Assembly: GCA_964016885.1 (NCBI GenBank)
Contig: OZ024740.1
Location: 202,554,001 to 202,618,000 of the forward strand
Length of the DNA: 64,000 nucleotides
Source: Eledone cirrhosa
Lineage: Eukaryota
Reading direction: 5' to 3'
Positions 50,926-63,363 of the stretch are shown one piece after another. The position numbers and the translations under genes are program-made. Under the pieces are notes generated by a model. The model had not been told where the DNA came from. It saw nothing but the letters and a program-made list of their open reading frames with translations, and searched no databases. Numbering within the stretch: the stretch's first letter is position 1; each line of letters begins with the position of its first letter.

Positions 50926-51592
50926 TATGGTAGGCTTTCACACAATTTCCATCTACTAAATATCACTCACAAGGCATTGGTCAACCATAGGCTATAGTAG
51001 AAGACACTTGCCCAAGGTTCATGCAACAGGCTTGAATCTTAAACCCCATGGCTACAAAGTAAACTTTTAAACCATACAGCCATGCTTTCGCACATTTCTT
51101 CATACAAAAACAAATAGATGACTAAGCCCTTATCATTCTGTTTTACTGTGTTTCTGTGCTAACAATGCAATCCCTACGCTTTTGTAGCCTCCACTCACCT
51201 TCTCTCAAAAGGCATGTGGAAAACAAATTTCATAGTCCTCATTTTTTGCAGGGCTGACACATCTGTCACACAGTATGTCCAATGAAAAATATGTAATATT
51301 TGTTTTATTTCTTAACATGTCTCATTAGTTTAGCAACAAAAAGACATTTAATTTCAGAAGTTTTGTTACAATTCTTTTGAGATGTCTTTTAAAAACAAAA
51401 TCTTGTTATTTATTTGTTAGTTGACGATGCTACAGTTGGTCATATGTCTACTAACAGCTATTAACCATTTTCATACAAAATCTGGTACAGTGGTTTAAAA
51501 ACATGTTTTAAAGTGTTTATATTTAAAATAAACTTCCATCTTAATTTCTTTATGTAAGAACCTTTGTTATGTTCCAAACGCCAGTTTTATAA

Positions 51593-51800
51593 TGGTTTCT
51601 GATTTAGGTACAAGGCCAACAATTTTGAGGGGAGGGGAAAGTTGATTAAATCGACCCCAGTGTGTTACTGCTACTTTATTTTATGGACCCAGTAAGGATG
51701 AAAAGCAAAGCTAGCTTTGGTAGGATTCAAACTCAGACCATAAAGGGACGAAACTATTTGACGCAAAGCATGTTGTCCAACGCCCTACTGATTCTGCTAA
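51593..51800 (-). mobile_element. Meta-type SINE (long-tail variant) inside a family-B MITE
   Basis: Contains ggggaaagttgattaaatcgaccccagtg, absent from the short variant. Confidence 0.78.
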
Positions 51801-52685
51801 TAATGAAATTACTAAAGCCTTCCAAGTTCTTGAATATTTTTTAAAGTAAATGAAATCATAGGCAATATTTTTTATTAGAAATATATTAACGAAAGTGTTA
51901 AAGTGAATATATTTTTCTAAAAATCTTCCATCATAATTTTGTGTAAGAACCTGTGTTAAGTTATGTTCCAAACAACAGTTTAATAATGAGAAAGTTAGTT
52001 ATATGACTAAATCCCTCCAAATTCTTGATTATTTTCAAAGCATTGCATTTCATTAGAAATATGGTTATGTAAAAGTTAAGATTTATATGAAAAAAACAAT
52101 CTGGATTGCATGTATAATGGTATATCTTAAGGGATACTTAATATTTTTTGTTGTTAGGCCTCAGATTATTTTGTAGTATGTACTGGTAAAGCTCTGTAGT
52201 TAAGAAGTTTCCTTCTCAACCTCAAGGTTCTGGATTATATCCCACTGAGTGACAATTTGGGCAAGTTCTGCTGAAGGCTTAGACCAATTATTGCCTTTTG
52301 AGTGAATTTTGTAGACAATAACTGAGAAAGAATGTTATATATACTAGCAGAAAACCACCCTTTGGGTGGATTTCTGCTAGCATGTGTAGTGTGCATATTG
52401 ATATTATACGCAAATATATATGCATGTAGATATGATACGTCAAATAAAATCATAATTGACAATATACACAGATATTGAAGAGAGACTTCTTCTGTAATCA
52501 GTAAAGTAATGCATGATACATTTAAAAAAGACAATATTATATATAAACTGCATTACGGTGTATTGACATTTGAAAATTTTAAAAGAAGTGAATCTTAAGA
52601 TAAACAATCCTTATATATAAGAATATTTATGTCTAATCAACAGAAATGAAATTTAGTACATAAATTGTGTAATATTCATTCATTG

Positions 52686-52870
52686 TGGATTGGCAGTATT
52701 GATAGAGGGCTGGACGCTATGCTTTGACGCACAGAGTTACGGCCCTTGCCATTCTGAGTTCGAATCCCGCCGAGGTTAACTTTGCCTTTCATCCTTACTG
52801 GGTCGATAGAATAAAGTACCAGTAATGCACTGGGTAATTGCTGGCCTTGTGCCTAAAGTAGAAACAATTA
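52686..52870 (+). mobile_element. Meta-type SINE
   Basis: Same family as 25267. Confidence 0.88.
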
Positions 52871-54715
52871 TTTATTCAAAGTAATCCAACTTATTTTACT
52901 AACGGAATAAAAAAATATATTCAGAACCCCTCCCTTTATTATATTATGATTTGTGTGGGTTGAGAGAGTTTGTGTAAGCTACAACAATCATTTTCTTATT
53001 GACATTTAAAAGCAAACAGTGATGCTTGTTTATGTCCACCATAACAGTTAGTTCTACAGCTTAGCCTCTTGATGAAGCTCAACAGTATATACCATACTTA
53101 AAGAAATATGAAATATAAATTGGCATTGGAAAGGGCATTGGGCAATTGAAAAACTGCCTCAAAAGCTCCTGTCTAACTCATGCCAGTATGGAAAGTGAAT
53201 TTAAAAACTATGGTGGTGGTGATCCTTGGTTTTCTGTTTGACTTATTCTATAATCTTGATCTGTTTATATCTAGAATTATATTTGAGTCTGGTTTACAGT
53301 TGATATTTTCACTATTGTGAGGTGAAATCTTTTACCATCATCAAGAGATTATTGTATATACAATTACCCCATGGAATTGGAAGCTGGATCAAAATTTACA
53401 GCTCGCACCTACACATGTTTAGCTGGCATCTCATACAAGGTTCCTTGGGTATTTTAATGACAGGTGCCCCAGTCCTACTATACATACACATACACACACA
53501 CATATGTTGTTGTTACAGCTCACTCTTATGTAAATCTAGCGAGCCTCTTTGACGTTGGATCTTATACAAGGTTTCTTGGGTGTTTTAATGACAGGTACCC
53601 CAGTCCTATCATGAAAAGCAACAAGAAATGAAGCATCTTGCTCAGGAAGACATGCTGCCTAGTCCAGAAATTTTAAATATGAGTCCAACATCCTAACCAC
53701 TAAACCATGCCCCTTCACACAGTTATTACATGGTTTATAAAAGTAGATCTAGGAAGAATTGAATAGATTCTGTGACAATTCCAAACTGTAATCTTTCTAG
53801 ATTGCTTCACTGAACCAAAATTCTATTTCCTCTACAATATGTTTAACATAAAAAAGAGAATACATAAGATTGTAATTAATGGTTTAAGCATTGTTTATTA
53901 ATAGTGTTTCTTTCCAACTTTAGATTGAACAAGTGTTTTTAATGTCATTTCCCCTCATAAACTTGGGGTTAGCCATGCAGAACCCCAGGACAGGTTTCAT
54001 GGCCTATGTGAGGCAAAGTTTTATGACTGGATGCCCTTCCTGGTGTGAAACCTTTTAGTCACTTTCTATGACATGCAGAGATAACATGTATGAGAAATAT
54101 TGTAACACTTTTATTTTATTTGTTAGTATTTGTTCTGAGTCTTTACACTCTGAGTTCAAGGTAGGCCAAGGTCAACATTGCTTTCATCCTTGGAGGGTTG
54201 ATAAAATAAAGTACCAGTCATGTACTGGGGTTGAAATTGACTTTTCTTTTCCCTTCAAATTGCTGATCTTGTGCCTAAATTAGAAACCATTTATTACATA
54301 TAAACAAAAAATAGGAAAGAGAAGACTTTTTAGAATGGAGGGTACTCTTTAGCCTTGGAGGAGATAAGACAGCCGCTGTAGTCCTTACATCACAATAAAA
54401 TGCACTCAATACTCTTTTAAAGTAGTTGTTGATCAAACAGTAACAATATAAACAGAAATTGGGAAATTAGAGACTATCTGGTGTTGAGAGGACCTGTTAA
54501 TCCTATCATATGATACTGTTGTTGGTTTTTTTTGCTGGTTCTTGTAAAATCAGTTTGTCCTTGTAGAAGGGGCCATGCCCATGGCCTTTATAATGTGTGT
54601 TATTATTGGATGTTAAAATATTTTCTGGCCCTGAATGCAGTCTTTGGGCTATATTGTGCATATGTAAGGCTTAATTGTTGAAGGTTAAACTACTATCTGG
54701 TGTTACAAACCTTTG

Positions 54716-54970
54716 TGATACAATCTTTGGCTCTGTTGATCTGTGAGTGTTATTTATTAGGGGCTAAAGTACTACCTACCCTCCCTCCCTAATATGCTAA
54801 CCTTTCTTATACAATCTGTGGCTGTTGGCCCTCCCTCCCTAATATGCTAACCTTTCTTATACAATCTGTGGCTGTTGATCTGTGAGTATTATTTATTAGG
54901 GGCTAAAGTACTACCTGCTTTCCTTCCCCAATATGCTAACCTTTCTGATACAGTCTGTGGCTCTGTTGAG
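54716..54970. repeat. Imperfect local tandem duplications (~50-90 bp units)
   Basis: aatatgctaacctttct three times; atctgtgagt.ttatttattaggggctaaagtactacct twice. Confidence 0.8.
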
Positions 54971-55154
54971 GATATTTGATCTCAGCAAAAGATCCTGAGT
55001 GATTTTAAGGTCTAACATTTCTAGTGGTGACCTTGTTCTATGTAATTGTCTTCTTCTATCACAGGTTGAGTCACGTTGCTACACACAATTGGAACAACAA
55101 TTTACTGACATTTCAATTGATGAGACTTGTACCATTATTACAGCACTTTCAACA

Positions 55155-55810
55155 TACACACACTCTTTCATACATACACACACACTTGCTCACGCACACA
55201 CTTTTTCACACACACACACACATGCTCTCACACATACACCTGTGCTCTCACACACACTTCCTCCTACTTTCTCTCTTTCTTTTCTTACTCCTCTTTCTCT
55301 TATACTCGCCTCACTTCTTTCTCTCTCACACACACACCTTCACACATACACACTCACACACATACACACTCACACACATTCTCTCTTGCTTACACTTTCT
55401 CCAATCTTCTCTCTCTCTCAAACTCTTTTCTCACTCCTCTCTCTTTCTTTTACACACACACACACACACGTCTCTCACACACACAGTCTCTCTCACACAC
55501 CCTCACATTTACACACTCACACACACACCATCTCACACACACACACCTTTACATATACACTCTCTCTCATACACACACCATCTCACATATTCATGCTCTC
55601 TCTCCTCTATGATCCTCACAGTTTCCCCTTTACTCTCTCTCTCTTTCTCTCTCACACACAAATGCACATTCATTTTCTCTCCCTTATTTTCTTTATATCT
55701 ACACCCTTCTTTTACTGTCTCTCATTCACTCTCTAATTCAACCTCTCCACCCCTCCATCAGCCTCTCTCTACACCTTCTCTTCCTCTCCCATCTTTCTTC
55801 ACTTTACTCC
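55155..55810. repeat. CA/CT low-complexity tract
   Basis: Directly visible. Confidence 0.88.
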
Positions 55811-56085
55811 TATAGATCACATGATCCTATCATCATATGTTATAGCTTCTAGTTTTACACTGTTCTATTATGGTACCTATTTTAAAATATTTTCTCTTTC
55901 TCTCTATTTTATGTCTATTTTCCCTGCTTACATGGGTTAGACAGGTTGTCATGTTCTGAGGCTAAACATGTCAGGTGACTGCACCTTGCTCATACCTTCC
56001 ATTCTGACATGGTTTCTATGGCTGATATCCTTTCTAACACCAACCACTTCACATGTACCACCACTACCACCTGATTGGGTGGACT

Positions 56086-56385
56086 CAGTGTTGGATTTAG
56101 ACATTGGGGGCCCGGGGCACTTCAGGTTTGGTGGACCCCTCATACACAAAATATTAGAATACACAGCAAATCCCCAATTTTACATATCAAAGTTAGCTTG
56201 GTGGAAGCAATTGGAATTGAAAAGTTATACATACAGGTATTAACTTTTAAAATGTTAACCATCCTAAAACTAAACAACCCAGTTGATGGTACAAATAAAT
56301 TGCTATGGCCGTCGCTGGTGGGGGCGCCCCACTGCTGGGGGCCTGGGGCAATTGCCCCTTTTGCCCTACGTTAAATCCAGCCCTG
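56086..56385. mobile_element. hAT-like MITE (300 bp) with 8 bp TSD
   Basis: TIR CAGTGTTGGATTTA / TAAATCCAGCCCTG; flanks ggtggact / tgtggact (7 of 8 match). Confidence 0.82.
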
Positions 56386-56914
56386 TGTGGACTGGGTGTT
56401 TTTTTTATCATAGTGTCAGCACTACCACTTTACAGAGTGGACTGGGTAGATTTTATTGTGGCACCAGCAGGAGAGTATGTTTTTAGTTGCAGTGATGGTG
56501 TTGAAGGGAATGGCTTAGTGAGCAACATTTGGCAGTGCATTGTTGGTTCAGTCATCTTTCTATACTGGCATGAACTGGGTGGGGGATGAGGGTAGGCTAG
56601 GTTGGGGATTAAACAGTGAGAGTGGGGATAGAGTGGTGTTTATTTGCAGCAGTGGAAGGGTTTGGGACTTGAATGTTGTTACATTTCTCTGTCTCTTTAC
56701 TGTTATTCTCCTCATGTTTGTTGTATCCTACTTGTGTGGAAAGGCCAATCCCCTATACTCCACCATATCCGTGGTGAGCTGGATCCTGTGTCATCTTCTT
56801 TGTGAGGTCAGCCTTCACCGCAAACCATATTTTCCTACTTCAGCAGTTTCCATCAACTTGGAGTGATTAGCCTTGTAACTGCTCTTTAGCTCTCTTATCC
56901 CCCCCCCCACTTCT

Positions 56915-57081
56915 CTCTCTCAACCTTGTAACTCCTATCTCACTCATGATTAACCTTGTAACTACTCTCTCTCTCTCTCTTTCCCCTCCTCTCTCTCCCA
57001 TCATTAACCTTGTAACTACTCTCTCTCTCTTTCCCCTCCTCTCTCTCCCTCTCTCACACTCTCATCATTAATCTTGTAACT

Positions 57082-57127
<46 letters not shown>

Positions 57128-57277
57128 TCTCTCACACTCTCATCATTAATCTTATAACTGCTCTCTCTCTCTCTCTCTCTCTTCCTCTCTCACACTCTCA
57201 TCATTAACCTTGTAACTGCTCTCTCTCTCTCTCTCTCTCTCTTCCTCTCTCACACTCTCATCATTAATCTTGTAACT

Positions 57278-57319
<42 letters not shown>

Positions 57320-57411
57320 TCTCTCACACTCTCATCATTAATCTTGTAACTGCTCTCTCTCTCTCTCTCTCTCTCTTCCTCTCTCACACTCTCATCATTA
57401 ATCTTGTAACT

Positions 57412-57447
<36 letters not shown>

Positions 57448-57543
57448 TCTCTCACACTCTCATCATTAATCTTGTAACTGCTCTCTCTCTCTCTCTCTCT
57501 CTCCCTCTTCCTCTCTCACACTCTCATCATTAACCTTGTAACT

Positions 57544-57585
<42 letters not shown>

Positions 57586-58214
57586 TCTCATCATTAACCT
57601 TGTAACTGCTCTCTCTCTCTCTCTCTTCCTCTCTCACACTCTCATCATTAACCTTGTAACTGCTCTCTCTCTCTCTCTCTCTTCCTCTCTCACACTCTCA
57701 TCATTAACCTTGTAACTGCTCTCTCTCTCTCTCTCTTCCTCTCTCACACTCTCATCATTAATCTTATAACTGCTCTTTCTCTCTCTCTCTCTCTTCCTCT
57801 CTCACACTCTCATCATTAACCTTGTAACTGCTCTCTCTCTCTCTCTCTCTCTCTTCCTCTCTCACACTCTCATCATTAACCTTGTAACTGCTCTCTCTCT
57901 CTCTCTCTCTCTTCCTCTCTCACACTCTCATCATTAATCTTATAACTGCTCTCTCTCTCTCTCTCTTCCTCTCTCTCTTCCTCTCTCTCTTCCTCTCTCT
58001 CTTCCTCTCTCACACTCTCATCATTAATCTTATAACTGCTCTCTCTCTCTCTCTCTCTTCCTCTCTCACACACTCATCATTAACCTTGTAACTGCTCTCT
58101 CTCTCTCTCTCTTCCTCTCTCACACTCTCATCATTAACCTTGTAACTGCTCTCTCTCTCTCTCTCTTCCTCTCTCTCTTCCTCTCTCACACTCTCATCAT
58201 TAATCTTATAACTG

Positions 58215-58245
<31 letters not shown>

Positions 58246-58680
58246 TCTCTCACACTCTCATCATTAACCTTGTAACTGCTCTCTCTCTCTCTCTCTCTCC
58301 TCTCTCACACACTCATCATTAACCTTGTAACTGCTCTCTCTCTCTCTCTCTCTCTTCCTCTCTCTCTTCCTCTCTCACACTCTCATCATTAATCTTATAA
58401 CTGCTCTCTCTCTCTCTCTCTTCCTCTCTCACACTCTCATCATTAACCTTGTAACTGCTCTCTCTCTCTCTCTCTTCCTCTCTCACACACTCATCATTAA
58501 CCTTGTAACTGCTCTCTCTCTCTCTCTTCCTCTCTCTCTTCCTCTCTCACACTCTCATCATTAATCTTATAACTGCTCTCTCTCTCTCTTCCTCTCTCAC
58601 ACACTCATCATTAACCTTGTAACTGCTCTCTCTCTCTCTCTCTCTTCCTCTCTCACACTCTCATCATTAATCTTGTAACT

Positions 58681-58714
<34 letters not shown>

Positions 58715-58860
58715 TCTCTCACACTCATCATTAACCTTGTAACTGCTCTCTCTCTCTCTCTCTCTCTCTTCCTCTCTCACACTCTCATCATTAATCTTAT
58801 AACTGCTCTCTCTCTCTCTCTCTCTCCCTCTCTCACACTCTCATCATTAATCTTGTAACT

Positions 58861-58924
<64 letters not shown>

Positions 58925-59806
58925 TCTCACACTCTCATCATTAACCTTGTAACTGCTCTCTCTCTCTCTCTCTCTCTCTCTTCCTCTCTCACACTCTCAT
59001 CATTAATCTTGTAACTGCTCTCTCTCTCTCTCTTCCTCTCTCACACTCTCATCATTAATCTTATAACTGCTCTCTCTCTCTCTCTCTCTCTCTTCCTCTC
59101 TCACACTCTCATCATTAATCTTATAACTGCTCTCTCTCTCTCTCTCTTCCTCTCTCACACACTCATCATTAACCTTGTAACTGCTCTCTCTCTCTCTCTC
59201 TTCCTCTCTCACACACTCATCATTAACCTTGTAACTGCTCTCTCTCTCTCTCTTCCTCTCTCACACTCTCATCATTAACCTTGTAACTGCTCTCTCTCTC
59301 TCTCTCACACTCTCATCATTAACCTTGTAACTGCTCTCTCTCTCTCTCTCACTCTCTTCCTCTCTCACACTCTCATCATTAATCTTATAACTGCTCTCTC
59401 TCTCTCTCTCTCTCTTCCTCTCTCACACTCTCATCATTAATCTTATAACTGCTCTCTCTCTCTCTCTTCCTCTCTCACACTCTCATCATTAATCTTATAA
59501 CTGCTCTCTCTCTCTCTCTCTCTTCCTCTCTCACACTCTCATCATTAATCTTATAACTGCTCTCTCTCTCTCTCTCTTCCTCTCTCACACACTCATCATT
59601 AATCTTATAACTGCTCTCTCTCTCTCTCTCTCTTCCTCTCTCACACACTCATCATTAACCTTGTAACTGCTCTCTCTCTCTCTCTCTCTCTTCCTCTCTC
59701 ACACACTCATCATTAACCTTGTAACTGCTCTCTCTCTCCCCCTCATCTCTCTCCCCCCTCATCTCTCTCTCTCCTCCTCACTCACACTTTCATTAACCTT
59801 GTAACT

Positions 59807-59854
<48 letters not shown>

Positions 59855-59865
59855 GATTAACCTTC
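56915..59865. repeat. Compound satellite: fixed cacactctcatcattaa(c/t)ctt(g/a)taactg core plus variable-length (CT)n, ~45-50 units
   Basis: Directly visible; unit length varies with the (CT)n count. Confidence 0.95.
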
Positions 59866-60165
59866 ATCAGTTTAAATGAAACCTGTTAATTATTTGCCTA
59901 CCCACCCACACTTTAACCTCATTCTCACTAAACCACAACAGTCTCATTTATCACCTTCATATGTTTTGTGATTATATATATATTGTAGCAGCCTCTTATT
60001 GGGATGATATAGTTGGGTGAAACCTCTTCAGTTAAGCAAATATAGAGATTGGAACCCTCTAATTCTGATAACAATAACCAATTGATAACATTATTTGTAT
60101 TACAAGTGGCTTCTGGCACACCCATCCATTCACATGGATGCATGCATATGTATACACAGACATAT

Positions 60166-60322
60166 AATTGTTTCTACTTTTGGCACAAGGCCAGCAATTA
60201 CCCCAGTAGATTACTGGTACTTTATTTTATCGTCCGTAAGGATGAAAGGTTTGAACTCAGATCATAAAGGGATGTAACTCTTTGCTACAAAGCATGGCAT
60301 CCGACCCTCTACCGATACTGCT
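60166..60322 (-). mobile_element. Meta-type SINE with internal deletion
   Basis: Reverse complement of the 25267 family. Confidence 0.82.
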
Positions 60323-60759
60323 GGAAGCTAGTTATAAACGTTGCTGGAGCATACCTTCCTAGGTATGTATATGACACATCTAGTGGATAAGACCATCAAA
60401 TATAAAAAAGGGAATTATTTACCAACCGCATGTCCGAACATCTCCAATTTAAAAGCGTGAACAACTTTAGAGATAGTCAGGAAGAATTTTTAAACTTATG
60501 GAAGACTAAACACACAAATTAAAATTTAATAGTAATAAATATACTGTGTAGTAATTAGTTTGACTCTTAAAACCTAATACACATATATAGACTCAAATAC
60601 ACGTTATAGGAATAAAATTAGAGCTTATAAATTTAGTAATACTTATCAATTGAAGTAAAAACCAAATTTAATACTAACAATATAGTATATTTAAGAAACA
60701 CAATATAAAAATTATGGCAGCTTAATTTAGTAATAATGTTTAAATCAGTCTCTAAGTCT

Positions 60760-61030
60760 AAAGTCAGTCTCGAGCCTGGAAGCTCATCAGGCTGGTGCTT
60801 ATCCCGGTTTCTGTGGCGTGAAATGACTGAGAGTACAAGACTACCCCCTGAACAGGACGCCAGCCCATTGCAGGGTTAAACCCCCAGCTATTGCTGGTAC
60901 TCATTCTTTTTTCAGTTGAGCAATGTGAATGAAGTGTTTTGCCCAAGAACATAACATGTAACCCAACTGAGGAATCGAACCCACAACATTATGATCGTAA
61001 GTTTAACACCCTTACCACTGGGTCACGTGT
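60760..61030 (-). mobile_element. tRNA-derived CORE-type SINE of a third family
   Basis: Reverse: cccagtggtaagg A box, ggttcgattcc B box, cttgggcaaaacactt CORE, ccctgcaatgggctggcgtcctgttcagggg body. Confidence 0.75.
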
Positions 61031-61256
61031 GTGCACATATCAATCAGCAGGAGGATTTTTAAATATTAAGAAACTATTCGCCTAAAAACAGTATTTATAG
61101 AAGTGAAAAGAATCATTTATAGAATAAAGTTATGAGTGTACATTAAGCAAAACATGTTCAGCTACATATATTACATATATCTATTCATACAAATATGTAC
61201 ACTCATATATAAATACATATACACTGACACAGAATCCTATAGAGAAGAAACTTTGA

Positions 61257-61562
61257 GGCTGTGAGGGAGCCTCTCATGCAATCAGGCAGTTCTTCAGCAG
61301 CTGCCCATCGGTACTGGCATCCAGGGACTCCAGGCACCTCATTGTCAAGCTTGACATGAGGAATGCCTTTAACTCTTTACGCCAGGATCATCTGCTTGAG
61401 GCCTGCCTCAGCCGAGCCCCTTCTGCCTACCTGCTGGCCTACCTGTCATATGGAGCCCCGAGCATGCTCCTAGCTGCTGATATGGTCATACCCTCGGCTA
61501 CTGGGATCCAACAGGGCGACCCTTTGGGACGCCTCCTGTTTGCCCTTGGTATTGACCACATC
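61257..61562 (+). pseudogene. Internal RT fragment of a CRE-like non-LTR retrotransposon
   Basis: One frame: GCEGASHAIRQF...IVKLDMRNAFNSLRQDHLL...P..Y....LSYGAPS...SATGIQQGDPLGRLLFALGI; the rest of the tracked ORF is unrelated AT-rich DNA. Confidence 0.8.
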
Positions 61563-62216
61563 ATGTACACACACATTTATACCTCCACACATTTAAAAAA
61601 AATTCTCCTGACTATATTTAAATTGGAGACTATGGAGACTATATTTAAAGTTGTTTATATTTTCAAATTGGAGATGTTCAGACAAGCAGTTGGTAAACAA
61701 TTATCATTTTTGTATTATTTAATGATTCTGAGGAATTCAGTACAGAGGAATAAAATGGTTCTCCCTTCTGTAGTGGAAAGAAATGTTCGTAAATCTATTA
61801 AATAATGTAATTAAATCCTGGTTATTTTTATTTATTTATCATATATATATATATATATATAGTGTGTGCCCCTGGCATTCGCAGTCCCAGCACTTGTGGT
61901 CCTGGTTACTCACAGAATTTTCCTTAGTAACTAACTAATAATTGTTTGTGGAAACCAACACATATTCGCGGAATTGTAAAAAATATTTTCTGTGATTTTT
62001 CTTAATCTTTTTTTTTTGTGTGGAAATATATATTTTCTCATGCTTTTTAATACTAAATTATAAATAGCAATATACCATATTTGCCGGCTTATATTTTACA
62101 TTATGTTTTGATGTTTGTAGGCATTTTTATGGACCATGTCCAATATTCGCGATTTTTCACTATTCAAGGGTGCTCTAGGAACGTAACCCCAATGAATACC
62201 AGAAGACAACTGTATA

Positions 62217-62272
<56 letters not shown>

Positions 62273-62807
62273 TTTTAGTCGCAAGACATTCGTCAACCTG
62301 ACGCTATGGTATAAACGAAAGTGCCACGCGGTGAGACTCAACCCAAAACCACATGCTTGCTAAGTAACTCCTTAACCATACTGCCATATCTTCAAGATTA
62401 ACTGGAACTTAGAAATGTGTATTTCATTAGCATATTTTTGATGTAAACACTGCTTATGATTTCCAAATAATTTTGAGCATAATCAAGAATTTGGAGATAT
62501 TTGATATAACTAACCTTCCCTAAGATGATGTTTAGAGCATAACTTAACAACAAAGATTCTTTCATAGAATTATGGTGGAAGGTTTTTAGATAAATATAAA
62601 CACTTTTAAATAAACAACTTTGGGCAGTTTCAGGCAGTTTAGTATCAAAAGGGTTAAACATATGAAAGGGTTAATTTGACAATTGCCTGTCAAATCAGAA
62701 CTGATATCTTCAACAAAAGTCAGTGACTTGCCAAACAATATGTCAAATCTGTTGTTTAACACACACACACATACGCACGCATGCACGCCTGCGCGCGCGC
62801 ACACACA

Positions 62808-62921
62808 CAGGGTGTCCCAAAAAATGTATGCACACTTTGATTGCATAGGCAATATTTGATTGTATAGGCAATATTTATTAGACTGCTGTTGATGTGTGTA
62901 TACATTTTTTGAGACACCCTG
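62808..62921. mobile_element. Tc1/mariner-type MITE
   Basis: TIR CAGGGTGTCCCAAAAAATGTAT ... ATACATTTTTTGAGACACCCTG|TA; same family as 2151-2249. Confidence 0.83.
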
Positions 62922-63150
62922 TATATATATGTTATAGGAATTCCCTTTTAAATTGCTCATAAGTTTTCTCTTATTTTAATTTTATGTTTTTCTACTGTTT
63001 ACTCTGCATATTCAGTTTAGATACACTGCATCCCCATACATCATTAGAAATGACTAAAAGGGTTGGTTCCAAGAAGGGCATTTGGTTATAAACATTATCT
63101 TATACATGATGAGTATGAAGCCTGTTATATGGCCTACAAGCCTTGTCTAA

Positions 63151-63363
63151 CCCCTTAGCATTTAAACTGGCTTTTTTCACCTCTAAACTGGAATCTTTTA
63201 ACTTCTTTCTGTTCAAACCAACTGTAACCAGCTGCTCATACTGACTTTAAGGTATTATTCTCAAAATAATATCATCAAAATTTCATAGCTTCAATATTAT
63301 GTGAGTAAAGCCTTTACTGCAAAAATACAATAGTAAACATAGAGTAGTGTAAATGCTAAAGGG
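63151..63363. mobile_element. piggyBac-like MITE, family A
   Basis: cTAA|CCCCTTAGCATT ... AATGCTAAAGGG|TTAA. Confidence 0.75.

Noticed and set aside
56915-59865. CRISPR-like repeat/spacer appearance (also 32116-32870)
   Set aside because: Spacers are only (CT)n or (CA)n of variable length; no cas genes; eukaryotic context.
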